This document shows positions 8,765-17,934 of a stretch of 64,000 nt of DNA, piece by piece (within the stretch, counting starts at the first letter, position 1; each line of letters starts with the position of its first letter). The notes beneath the pieces are model-generated. The model was not told the origin of the DNA. It worked only from the letters and a program-made list of their open reading frames with translations, and did not search any database. The stretch lies in contig UYFQ01000032.1 of assembly GCA_900617105.1 (NCBI GenBank), positions 1 to 64,000 on the forward strand, in the 5' to 3' direction. This DNA is from Hydrurus foetidus (taxonomy: Eukaryota). A program made the position numbers and the translations under genes.

Positions 8765-9523
8765 ATGTCATTCAGTCAACTGGCGCAAGGGACCGTCGGC
8801 CGGCGCAGCGGCGTATCGGTATGGCGGCAAATTGCCGATACCCTGACCACCGAAATTCGTGACCGTGTGTATGCCGAATCGGGCCGTTTACCTGGGGAGG
8901 TGGAGCTGTCTGCGCGCTTTGGCGTAAACCGCCACACGCTGCGTCAGGCGGTGGCCGCGTTACAAACTGACGGGCTTGTCCGTGTGGAGCCCGGACGGGG
9001 TATGTTTGTGCAACACGAGCTACTGGACTATGCCCTGTCAAGGCGTACACGGTTCAGTGAAAACCTGCGCCGCCAGGGCCTGTTGCCCAGCAAACAACTA
9101 CTAGCCGCGCACGAGACACTCGCGCCGCCGCGTGCTGCCATTGAACTCAAACTGGACAAGGGGGCAGCCGTGCTGATGGTGGAGACCCTGGATGAAGCCA
9201 ACGACTCCCCTATCGGGTTGGCCACGGCCTATTACCCGGCCTTGCGGTTTTTAGGGCTGCAAGAAATGCTCTCCCAGGGCACCCACACAACTGAAATTCT
9301 GAAACACTTTGGGGTGCAGGACTACGTCCGCACCATGAGTCGCATCACCACACAAATGCCGTCGGATGAAACAGCACGACTGCTCAAGCAACCCACCAAC
9401 CGCCCCTTGCTGTGCGTGGAGAGCGTGGATGTGGACATGGAGGGCGTACCTATCAAGTATGGCGAGACGGTCTTTTGTGGAGACAGGGTTCAACTGGTGG
9501 TGGACGCGGAGAGTGCCTTGTGA
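8765..9523 (+). CDS. phnF: GntR/HutC-family phosphonate regulator PhnF
   Basis: VWRQIA..L, RLPGE.EL..RFGVNRHTLRQA, G.G.FV, RTRFSENL, UTRA domain; divergent from phnG. Confidence 0.93.
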   Translation: MSFSQLAQGTVGRRSGVSVWRQIADTLTTEIRDRVYAESGRLPGEVELSARFGVNRHTLRQAVAALQTDGLVRVEPGRGMFVQHELLDYALSRRTRFSENLRRQGLLPSKQLLAAHETLAPPRAAIELKLDKGAAVLMVETLDEANDSPIGLATAYYPALRFLGLQEMLSQGTHTTEILKHFGVQDYVRTMSRITTQMPSDETARLLKQPTNRPLLCVESVDVDMEGVPIKYGETVFCGDRVQLVVDAESAL

Positions 9524-10215
9524 AGCCCCGCTACGCAATCTACTTCACGCCGGCCAACGGCTCGCCGTGGTGGGACTTTGGCGCGCATTGGCTGGGTCGG
9601 GATGAAAGCACCGATACCACGTTGCCGCAGCCGTGCGTGGCAGGCATCTCCGCAGAGGAGCTTCAACAAGCCACAATTTACCCCAGACGTTATGGTTTCC
9701 ATGCCACGCTAAAAGCGCCATTTGCGTTGACCGATGGCGTGGATTTGGAGCTGCTGAAATTCCGTGTGCATGCGCTTGCTGCCACCCTCAGCCCCGTGCC
9801 ACTGGGGCCGATGGAAGCCATCGGTATGGGGGACTTCGTAGCCCTGGCGCCACGGCATCCGCCGCCGAATCTGGCGACGCTGGAGGCAACCTGTGTGACC
9901 ACGCTGGACGACATGCGTGCGCCGCTGAGCGCCCTCGATCTGGCGCGCAGGCTCTTGCCACAACTCGACGCACGCGCGCTCGACTTGCTCAATCAGTATG
10001 GTTACCCAGACGTGCTGGAACGGTTTCGGTTGCACATGACATTGACCTCTGCGGTGGATGACGTCCTGGCAGCCAAGGTCATACAGGCCGTCTCAGGCAC
10101 CGTCGACCAGCTGAATGCGCGCTGTCCAATGGTTCTCGACCGGTTGTGCGTGTTCGAAGAACCCGGGCCCGGGCAAGCATTTCGCCGCCTGTTCGACGTC
10201 GCGCTATCGCCATGA
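9520..10215 (+). CDS. DUF1045 family protein (2H-phosphoesterase-like, phn-associated)
   Basis: GTG 9520 overlapping phnF stop; RYAIYFTP, RRYGFHATLKAPF, RLHMTLT (two H-x-T motifs). Confidence 0.88.
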   Translation: MKPRYAIYFTPANGSPWWDFGAHWLGRDESTDTTLPQPCVAGISAEELQQATIYPRRYGFHATLKAPFALTDGVDLELLKFRVHALAATLSPVPLGPMEAIGMGDFVALAPRHPPPNLATLEATCVTTLDDMRAPLSALDLARRLLPQLDARALDLLNQYGYPDVLERFRLHMTLTSAVDDVLAAKVIQAVSGTVDQLNARCPMVLDRLCVFEEPGPGQAFRRLFDVALSP

Positions 10216-10763
10216 GCGGACTATGGGTGTTTGTGTGCGGGGCTTCCGGCGCTGGAAAGGACAGTGTCATGGGCTGGGCTGCAACCCATCTTGCACACGA
10301 CCCAGCCGTGGTTTTCGCGCGGCGCATGGTGACACGTGCTCCGCACAGCGGATCAGACCACGACCCGGTCACGCCCGAGCAATTTTCTTGCTTGTTGGCG
10401 TCCGGCCAATTGGCATGGCACTGGGCGGCTCACGGTTTTGAATACGGCATTGATGCACGTTATGCGGCCGATATAGCGGCCGGCCGCACCGTGGTGGTGA
10501 ACGGTTCAAGGGAACATGCGGTAGGGCAGCTGTCAGCTGCCAATATACGTGTAGTGCAAATCGTGGCAGAAAGGGAACAACTGGCTGCGCGACTCGAGCG
10601 GCGCGGTCGCGAAGCACCGCAGGAAGTGACCGCAAGGCTGGAGCGCAATAGCCGCTTTGCTGACTTTCAGACCCACCACACTATCGTCAACCGGGGAGCG
10701 CTCGCAGATGCAGGCCGGCAGTTGGTGCAGTACTTGGCACCAGCTGCCAGCCCATACGCTTAG
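10212..10763 (+). CDS. phnN: Ribose 1,5-bisphosphate phosphokinase
   Basis: ATG 10212; GASGAGKDS, W.AHG..YGI, VVVNGSR, RL..RGRE. Confidence 0.92.
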   Translation: MSGLWVFVCGASGAGKDSVMGWAATHLAHDPAVVFARRMVTRAPHSGSDHDPVTPEQFSCLLASGQLAWHWAAHGFEYGIDARYAADIAAGRTVVVNGSREHAVGQLSAANIRVVQIVAEREQLAARLERRGREAPQEVTARLERNSRFADFQTHHTIVNRGALADAGRQLVQYLAPAASPYA

Positions 10764-10781
10764 GCCAGCCCATACGCTTAG
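10746..10781. repeat. Perfect 18-bp tandem duplication at the convergent phnN/phnE junction
   Basis: GCCAGCCCATACGCTTAG x2 (10746-10763, 10764-10781). Confidence 0.95.
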
Positions 10782-11608
10782 ATAAACGGTTGACGAATGC
10801 GCGCCGAGATGAGATCGATCAAGGTCACGGTAACGATGATGATGATCATGACGGCAGCTGTCTCGGCATATTGAAAGCCGCGAATGATTTCCCACAGAAT
10901 CACACCAATGCCACCGGCGCCCACCATGCCCACCACCGAGGCAGAACGCACATTGGACTCAAAGCGATACAGTGAATAGGAAATCCATAGCGGCAGCACT
11001 TGCGGTATGACGCCATAGACGATTTCTTCCAACGCGTTGGCGCCTGTGGCGCGTATGCCCTCGACCGGCTGGGAATCGATGGACTCCACTGCTTCGGCAA
11101 ACAGCTTGGCCAAAATGCCGGTGGTGTGCACCCACAGTGCCAGCACACCCGCAAAAGGCCCAAGGCCCACGGCCACAATGAACAACATGGCAAACACCAT
11201 CTCATTGATGGCCCGGGCAGAGTCCATCAACCGCCGGATGGGCTGGTACACCCAAACGGGGGCAATGTTGGCTGATGACAGTAAGCCGAACGGAATTGCA
11301 CAAACGACAGCCAGCACGGTGCCCCACAAAGCAATTTGCAAGGTGACCACCATCTCATGGGCGTAAATACGCCAGTCGTGAAAATTGGGCGGGAAGAAAC
11401 CCGCCGCATAAGTGGCCATATTGCCCGCGTCGGCAAACAAGGCAGCGGGGCGCATGTCGGCCCCCTCCCATGATCCCGCCAACAAGGCTAGTAACACCCC
11501 CCACATGATCAAACCTCCCCACGAGCGCTTTTGCGCACGCGGTGATGTGGAGAGGAGGTCCGCTTTGGCGGAGGTGCTGGCAATTGCTGAAGGGCTCATG
11601 GTTTCCAC
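10778..11608 (-). CDS. phnE: Phosphonate ABC transporter permease
   Basis: [50 protein letters not shown]. Confidence 0.95.
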   Translation of the reverse strand: METMSPSAIASTSAKADLLSTSPRAQKRSWGGLIMWGVLLALLAGSWEGADMRPAALFADAGNMATYAAGFFPPNFHDWRIYAHEMVVTLQIALWGTVLAVVCAIPFGLLSSANIAPVWVYQPIRRLMDSARAINEMVFAMLFIVAVGLGPFAGVLALWVHTTGILAKLFAEAVESIDSQPVEGIRATGANALEEIVYGVIPQVLPLWISYSLYRFESNVRSASVVGMVGAGGIGVILWEIIRGFQYAETAAVMIIIIVTVTLIDLISARIRQPFI

Positions 11609-11635
11609 GGTCTGGGTCCGGTGCGAGGCTACGGC

Positions 11636-12643
11636 TTACTTGGCCGAGGCGAGCTTGGCGTTCAGGGCATCCAGCTTTTGGTTGATCTCACTGATCTTTT
11701 TGTCCTTCTCAGTGGCATCCATGGCGGTGTCATTTTCCAGTTTGATCTTCGCCGAGTAGAAAGCCAACTGGCGGATAGGAATCAATTGATCGTCGTTGGA
11801 TGCAGCGAAACCGCCTGCGGGGATAGGGGCAATCTTTACTTTTTCTTCCGAAGCATTCGGACCCTTTCCATACGACAGCATGAATTCTTTCAACTTCAGC
11901 TTCAGGCTGGCGGGCAGGTCTTTGCGCCAGACGAATGGATCTGATGCGATCAAGGGAGATTTCCAGACGATGCGAATATCCTTTATCAGTTCAGCCTTGG
12001 TCTGCTCCATCTTTTCATACTCTTCAGTATTAAAAGTACCAACGTCAATTTGCTTGTTGGCAACGGCCATAAAGTTGGCAATGTGATTGGCGCCACGAAT
12101 GGTCTTGAAATCGGTCTTGGGGTTGATGTTGTTCTTGGCAAAAACGTAGTAGCTGGGCACCAGGAAACCCGATGTGGAGTTGGGGTCACCAATGCCGAAA
12201 TTGATCTCCTTGGTGCGCTTGATCACATCGTCCAGATTCTTGTAGGGAGAATCCTTGTGCGTGATCAACAGCGAGTTGTAGCCTTCTGTTCCATCCGTGC
12301 GGATCATCTTGGCGAAAACTTCTCCGTCTGCACGATCGACCGCTTCCATCGCAGATTTGTTACCGAAGTAACCCACTTGCACCTTGTTGAAACGCATGGC
12401 TTCGATGATGCCGGCGTAGTCTGTCGCAAAAAACGGGGTGATCTTCACCCCGACATTCTTTTCCATATCGCCCAAGAATGCTTCCCAGTTCTTCTTCAAG
12501 GCACCAGAAGAGTCGGTGGCAATAATGCCAAAGTTGATCTCTTTCACATCCGCTGCAGTGGCTGTTGTCACGTGTCCCGCAAATGCAATGGCAGTCACCA
12601 TCAGCAGGCGATTGGCGCTTCGTCTTGTTACGTTAGAAATCAT
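11636..12643 (-). CDS. phnD: Phosphonate ABC transporter substrate-binding protein
   Basis: Start probably ATG 12643 (GGAG RBS); signal peptide; ATDYAGIIEAMRF, GDPNSTSG.LVP, WKSPLIASDP. Confidence 0.94.
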   Translation of the reverse strand: MISNVTRRSANRLLMVTAIAFAGHVTTATAADVKEINFGIIATDSSGALKKNWEAFLGDMEKNVGVKITPFFATDYAGIIEAMRFNKVQVGYFGNKSAMEAVDRADGEVFAKMIRTDGTEGYNSLLITHKDSPYKNLDDVIKRTKEINFGIGDPNSTSGFLVPSYYVFAKNNINPKTDFKTIRGANHIANFMAVANKQIDVGTFNTEEYEKMEQTKAELIKDIRIVWKSPLIASDPFVWRKDLPASLKLKLKEFMLSYGKGPNASEEKVKIAPIPAGGFAASNDDQLIPIRQLAFYSAKIKLENDTAMDATEKDKKISEINQKLDALNAKLASAK

Positions 12644-12699
12644 GTTCATTCTCCAATTGAAGTTCGGTTGATCAGGGGTGGGGGGATTCGGGGTAGAGC

Positions 12700-13563
12700 T
12701 CAAGCAGCCTTTGCTACAACCAGGGCAAGCGGCGACGGCGCACTGTTGTTGCGCTTGTCTTGCAAAACAGAAATGTGGTCTGGCAAGGCCAGTATTTCGT
12801 CGGCCTCGGCACCATAGAGTTCGCGCAGCAAGGCAGGCGTCAGCGCAACCGACGGGCCGTCAAACACAATGGCGCCCGCTCGCAAGGCGACGGTGCGGGC
12901 GCAATACTTCATGGCTACATTGACCTGGTGAAGTGACACCACCACCGTGCACCGGTCCTCCTGATTGACCTTGGCCAGTATTTCCATCACATTGCGCGAG
13001 GACTCAGGGTCCAGCGAAGCAATGGGTTCATCGGCCAGTATCACTTTGGCGCCCTGCACCATGGCGCGCGCAATGGCCGCTCGTTGCTGCTGCCCTCCAG
13101 AGAGGGTGGACGCTCTTTGCGCATGGCAATCGGCAATGCCCACGCGGCGCAGCGCCTCGACGCCGCGCGCAATTTCGTCCGGCTTGAACCAGCGCAACAG
13201 GCTGCGCCACAAGGGCATCTGATGCAAAGTACCTACCAACACGTTAACGATGACGGGCAGGCGGTCCACCAAATTGAATTGCTGAAAGACAAATCCGACG
13301 CCGGCGCGGATATCCCGAATGTCCGGTGCGATCTTTCCACCGCTCTGCACGGTTCTGCCGTGAACCTGCAACAGACTTCGCTCAGATGCGTCGCTGGTCA
13401 TCAGGCCGGCAATATGCAGAAGCAAGGTCGATTTACCGGAGCCGGACGCACCAATCAGCGCCACCATTTCACCGGCTTCGATGCTGAGGTCTATATCCTT
13501 CAAAGCCTTGCGGCCACCGGGAAAAGTCTTGTTTAATGCACTGATTCGGATTGCGGTAACCAT
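12700..13563 (-). CDS. phnC: Phosphonate ABC transporter ATP-binding protein
   Basis: ATG 13563 with [49 protein letters not shown]. Confidence 0.95.
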   Translation of the reverse strand: MVTAIRISALNKTFPGGRKALKDIDLSIEAGEMVALIGASGSGKSTLLLHIAGLMTSDASERSLLQVHGRTVQSGGKIAPDIRDIRAGVGFVFQQFNLVDRLPVIVNVLVGTLHQMPLWRSLLRWFKPDEIARGVEALRRVGIADCHAQRASTLSGGQQQRAAIARAMVQGAKVILADEPIASLDPESSRNVMEILAKVNQEDRCTVVVSLHQVNVAMKYCARTVALRAGAIVFDGPSVALTPALLRELYGAEADEILALPDHISVLQDKRNNSAPSPLALVVAKAA

Positions 13564-13602
13564 CGGACCTCCTATTCGATAGACCAAAGTTAATGACGCA
13601 AC

Positions 13603-13620
13603 ATGTCAAATTCGTGTCAG
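13603..13620 (-). promoter_or_regulatory. Pho-box-like PhoB site upstream of phnC
   Basis: Minus strand CTGACAC-GAAT-TTGACAT, followed by a third GTCAT core. Confidence 0.6.
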
Positions 13621-13642
13621 CACGCCTGCGCTACATGCATAG

Positions 13643-13855
13643 TTAAACTCGATCTACCAATGCATCAACTGCTTGAAGTCCGCCGCGAAGCGACATTTGT
13701 ATGCGTTGCCCGTCGTTCAGTTGCAGCGCCAGCGCCCCCGTGCCGGACGGTGTCACATTGGCAATAAGGGCCAGATTGACGATATGGCAGCGGCTGGCCC
13801 TGAAGAACAGGCACAGGAGTGGATTTGAGGTGCCAATATGACCACTGGCAGTCAA
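13643..13855 (-). pseudogene. Remnant of a LytTR DNA-binding domain (C-terminal part only)
   Basis: FFRASRCHIVNL..I..V.P...G.L.L.L.DG..I.MS pattern; no receiver domain or credible start. Confidence 0.55.
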
Positions 13856-14031
13856 TTTTTAAGCACTTTCTCGTCGCCAAGGTGATCGAGCCTGAATTGC
13901 CAGGGAGTGCGGTCGTGTGGATTGACCCGGAGGCGGTGTACTACAAGAAACAAATCCGCATTGAATGGCGAGACTTGCGCGATACCTCGCAGTGGAAGCA
14001 GGGATGGGTTTGACTTTTTCTGGAATCAGCA

Positions 14032-14370
14032 ATGGGCCGCATCAGACGCTTACTTCAGCAGGAACGGACTCCGGCTGCGCCAGTGGATCTGGTGTGCCCG
14101 CTGTGTGAACGCAAGATTCCCCAAAGCCAGCGCGATGCCCATCATCTGGTGCCAAAGTCCAAAGGCGGCAGGCATACCGAGTACCTGCACCGGATCTGTC
14201 ATCGCCAGATTCATGCACTCCTCACCGAGACTGAATTGGCCAGACAATTCAACGCCGTTGAAGCACTGTAGGCGCATCCTGACATCGCCTTATTTGTGGC
14301 CTGGGTAAGAACCAAGCCTGATGACTTCATGGAACGTACCCGCAAAAGCCAGCGCCTTCGGGCAAGGTAA
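14032..14370 (+). pseudogene. Small HNH endonuclease (YisB-like) with in-frame amber stop
   Basis: CPLCER...HHLVPKSKGG...HRICHRQIH..L...ELA..FN.VEAL-TAG(14269-14271)-AHPDIALFVAWVRTKP...TAA 14370. Confidence 0.8.
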
Positions 14371-14515
14371 TCCGTATGCCGTTCGGCCTACCGCACTCGC
14401 CGCTTTGATCAAAGTATCAAACTGAATGAACAGGTTCTCGGACCCAGTACAAGCTCAAGCTATGAGCGGCTGGTAGCCCTGCGCTGTTTCATATTCACGT
14501 TGCGGAGATCGCCAT

Positions 14516-14544
14516 TTGACAAACACGCAACTCAAGACTAGAAT
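14516..14544 (+). promoter_or_regulatory. Near-consensus sigma70 promoter of the proteorhodopsin operon
   Basis: TTGACA (14516-14521) - 17 nt - TAGAAT (14539-14544). Confidence 0.75.
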
Positions 14545-14659
14545 TTTTTCACGTGGTTAGTCTGGCCTACCCAAACAAAAGGTAGAGCACTGAAATCATG
14601 GCAGGCGGAATGCCCTCGGGTGTTCCTTTCGTAGTCATGCATTTCAGGGAGACATACGC

Positions 14660-15463
14660 ATGATGTTCAAGAGCAGCGGGCTGAAAACAGCCCTTGTATC
14701 AAGTTTCTTCGGCCTTGGCGCCACATTTTCAACACAGGCATTTGCCGCATCTGGGGCGTTACTCAAACCAGATGATTTTGTTGGAATTTCTTTCTGGTTA
14801 ATCACCATGGCTTTGATGGCCTCAACGGTGTTCTTTTTCCTGGAAAGAGACCGTGTTTCTGCGAAGTGGAAAACGTCGCTGACCGTGTCCGGTTTGGTAA
14901 CGTTGGTCGCAGCAGTCCACTACCTATACATGCGCGAGGTATGGGTGAATACCGGGTCATCTCCCACAGTATTTCGTTACATCGACTGGTTAATCACGGT
15001 TCCGTTGCTGATGATCGAGTTTTTCCTGATCCTGTCGGCCATCACCAAAGTGCCTAGTGGTGTCTTTTGGAGGCTGATGGTTGGAACGCTCGTGATGTTG
15101 ATAGGCGGCTACTTGGGTGAAGCGCGTTACATGGCGGCATGGCCCGCCTTTATCATCGGTATGGCTGGTTGGGCATTTATTTTGTACGAGATTTTCTTCG
15201 GAGAAGCCAGCAAAATCAGCGCACGAAGTGCACCACCTTCCGTTCAATCCGCCTTCAATACCATGCGTTGGATTGTGACCTTCGGATGGGCGATTTATCC
15301 TATCGGTTACTTCTTTGGGTACCTTACCGGAAGCGGCCCTGAAGCCAGTGCAAGTGCATTGAACCTGATCTACAACCTGGCCGATGTGTTGAACAAAATT
15401 GCCTTCGGTCTGATCATCTGGAGCGTAGCCGTCAGCGAGTCAGAGGCTTCCGCTAAAAAATAA
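14660..15463 (+). CDS. Proteorhodopsin, green-tuned DTE proton pump
   Basis: Signal peptide; VHYLYMR (His75 equivalent), RYIDWLITVPLLMIEF (D97/T101/L105/E108), YNLADVLNKIAFG (retinal Lys). Confidence 0.96.
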   Translation: MMFKSSGLKTALVSSFFGLGATFSTQAFAASGALLKPDDFVGISFWLITMALMASTVFFFLERDRVSAKWKTSLTVSGLVTLVAAVHYLYMREVWVNTGSSPTVFRYIDWLITVPLLMIEFFLILSAITKVPSGVFWRLMVGTLVMLIGGYLGEARYMAAWPAFIIGMAGWAFILYEIFFGEASKISARSAPPSVQSAFNTMRWIVTFGWAIYPIGYFFGYLTGSGPEASASALNLIYNLADVLNKIAFGLIIWSVAVSESEASAKK

Positions 15464-15477
15464 GACGTTATGTATCC

Positions 15478-15508
15478 ACCGGCATCCACTCACGTGGCGG
15501 GTGCCGGT
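15478..15508 (+). other. GC-rich intergenic hairpin between proteorhodopsin and crtE (no U-tract)
   Basis: ACCGGCATCC-loop-GGGTGCCGGT. Confidence 0.55.
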
Positions 15509-15547
15509 TCATAGCGTCTGTGTCTATCTTTAGCACGGAGCTCATTC

Positions 15548-16462
15548 ATGCTCTCAGAGATCGTGCGCGTCGTGCCATCCACGGCATCCCGCGCTGGCGT
15601 ATCGCTCAAAAGGCTGGACGCCAAAATTTTCAGTTTAATTTGTTGCGATTTCGATGTTCCAACACCAGGCGCAATATCTGACGCGGCACACGCTGCCCGT
15701 TACCACCTCCAAGCTGGTGGTGAACGCATAAGGGGACGCTGTGCGATTCACGCCAGTCTGGCGTTAGGGCTTTGCGAGTCGGACGCAATTTGCCTTGCTG
15801 CGTCGGCAGAATTACTGCACAACGCCTCTTTGGTGCACGATGACTTGCAAGACAGCGACGGCACCAGGCGCGGTGTACCTGCAGTGTGGAAAAAGTACAG
15901 CCCCAATGTAGCGATCTGCACCGGGGATTTAATGTTGTCAGCGGCCTATGCGGCACTGTGCGGTCTGAGCGATAGCCGCAATATGCCCGCTTTGATATCT
16001 CTAGTGCACGAGCGTACGTCGCTCGCGGTGCGGGGGCAGTGCGCTGACCTTATGGCGCGCCAGCACACAGTGATCACACCCGATGCATACATCAGCATTG
16101 CCGTTGCTAAATCAGGGGCACTACTCAGTCTTCCGCTTGAGCTGGCACTCATTGCTGCCGGCCGAAGCAACTTGACGAGTCAGGCACGCACCGCAGCAGA
16201 AGCGTTTGCAACGGCCTACCAAATAGCGGATGACCTATCGGATGTCCTGATGGACAGGGAATCAGGAAGCATGAATATTATTTTTGTCTTGGAGTCTGCC
16301 GGCTGTGGAGCTGATTCCACAGCATTGGCACGGAAGTTGGGAAGTGAGCATGTTGACAGAGCTATTGCTCTGTCACTTTCGCTTCCGTGTGATGCGGGTT
16401 CAGTCATTGCCGAGTTGTCGTTGGGATTGCGTCGATCGTTTGCTATTGGTAAAAATCCATGA
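15548..16462 (+). CDS. crtE: Geranylgeranyl diphosphate synthase
   Basis: GG.RIR, ELLHNASLVHDDLQD.D.TRRG, GQ..DL, KSG.L, YQIADDLSD. Confidence 0.9.
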   Translation: MLSEIVRVVPSTASRAGVSLKRLDAKIFSLICCDFDVPTPGAISDAAHAARYHLQAGGERIRGRCAIHASLALGLCESDAICLAASAELLHNASLVHDDLQDSDGTRRGVPAVWKKYSPNVAICTGDLMLSAAYAALCGLSDSRNMPALISLVHERTSLAVRGQCADLMARQHTVITPDAYISIAVAKSGALLSLPLELALIAAGRSNLTSQARTAAEAFATAYQIADDLSDVLMDRESGSMNIIFVLESAGCGADSTALARKLGSEHVDRAIALSLSLPCDAGSVIAELSLGLRRSFAIGKNP

Positions 16463-17934
16463 CAGTCGTAATTATTGGAGCTGGTTTTGGCGGCCTAGCG
16501 TCTGCAATTCGCTGCGTTGCGCGCGGCAACCAAGTGACGGTGACAGACCGTATGGCGGGGCCCGGAGGACGTGGACGCGAGTTTTTCCGAGTCCACAACG
16601 GCTTAGATTTTCGCTATGACGCAGGCCCTACTGTGCTTACAGCGCCGCAACTTTTTGAAGAACTATTTGCTCTGCTGGGAGAGAAGCTTTCGGACCATGT
16701 TGAGCTGTTGCCAGTCACCCCTTGGTATCAGATGCGTTTTGCCGACGGTACCCGGCTGAATTACGGCGGCTCAACCGAAGACATTCAATCTGAGATTGCG
16801 AAATTTTCAGAACACGATGCCCAAGCCTATCCCGCCTTTTTGGCGCACTCAAAAAAACTGTTTGAAAAAGGATACGAGGAATTAGGCACACAGCCCTTCC
16901 TGGGTGCGATGTCGATGCTCAAGGCGTTGCCCGCCATGATCAGACTCCGCGCAGACAGATCGGTATATGACACCACTGCCCGATACTTCTCGGACGAGCG
17001 GGTTCGGCGGGCCTTCAGTATTCAACCTTTGTTAGTCGGTGGTAACCCGTTTGATACGACCAGCATTTACAGCTTGATCCACTACTTGGAACGTAAATGG
17101 GGCGTGTGGTTTCCGCGCGGAGGTATGGCGCGTTTGGTGGATGCGCTGGTAGCACTAGGCCAGCGCCACGGAGTGCAGTTTGAATGGGGTGCCGATGTTC
17201 AGACGATCACCACGATAGAAAACCGAGTCACTGGAGTGCAATTAAAAGACGGTCGTCATATTGCTGCGGATGCTGTAGTGAGCAATGCGGATGCAGGATT
17301 CACGCTAGCGCACTTGTTGCCTAGCGCACACCAGCAGCCCAAAGCCATAACCGCAAAACAGTACTCGATGGGTCTGTTTGTCTGGTATTTCAGCACCAAC
17401 CGAATTTATGGGGATGTACCCCATCACACGATTCTGTTCGGGCGGGACTACCGCGAAGTGCTTGAAAGAATATTTGAAACAAAAATTCTAAGCACAGACC
17501 TGAGCATTTACTTGCATCGCCCAACGGCTACCGACCCGCAATACGCACCCGCAGGACATGACAGCTTTTACGCATTAGTCCCGGTGCCAAATTTGAACGC
17601 CACCATCGACTGGAGTCAACAGGCTGGCCCCTTCAAGGCACTACTCATGGCCGAGCTAACGAAAAGGTTGTTGCCTGGGCTTGCAGAGTGCATTGTCGAC
17701 GAGCATGTCGTCACACCACACTACTTCGCGGAGGAACTTTTGGCTCCTTGGGGCTCTGGATTTTCTATTACACCCAAGCTTACCCAGTCTGCTGGATTTC
17801 GTTTTCCAAATAGGGCTGCGCGTTTTTCCAATTTATATTTTGTGGGCGCTGGAACGCACCCTGGTGCAGGTGTACCTGGCGTTGTGACCTCAGCGAAAGT
17901 GGTAGAGCGTTTGATGTTTGGATCAGTCCAGTGA
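16459..17934 (+). CDS. crtI: Phytoene desaturase
   Basis: IGAGFGGLA, DAGPTV.T, LLVGGNPF.TTSIY.LI..LE, NLYFVGAGTHPGAGVPGV. Confidence 0.95.
   Translation: MTVVIIGAGFGGLASAIRCVARGNQVTVTDRMAGPGGRGREFFRVHNGLDFRYDAGPTVLTAPQLFEELFALLGEKLSDHVELLPVTPWYQMRFADGTRLNYGGSTEDIQSEIAKFSEHDAQAYPAFLAHSKKLFEKGYEELGTQPFLGAMSMLKALPAMIRLRADRSVYDTTARYFSDERVRRAFSIQPLLVGGNPFDTTSIYSLIHYLERKWGVWFPRGGMARLVDALVALGQRHGVQFEWGADVQTITTIENRVTGVQLKDGRHIAADAVVSNADAGFTLAHLLPSAHQQPKAITAKQYSMGLFVWYFSTNRIYGDVPHHTILFGRDYREVLERIFETKILSTDLSIYLHRPTATDPQYAPAGHDSFYALVPVPNLNATIDWSQQAGPFKALLMAELTKRLLPGLAECIVDEHVVTPHYFAEELLAPWGSGFSITPKLTQSAGFRFPNRAARFSNLYFVGAGTHPGAGVPGVVTSAKVVERLMFGSVQ

Noticed and set aside
11636..12643. Possible altered ligand specificity of PhnD (phosphite or phosphate type)
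   Set aside because: The usual phosphonate-binding residues (two Tyr, STSG, His, Glu, Asp) all appear present.
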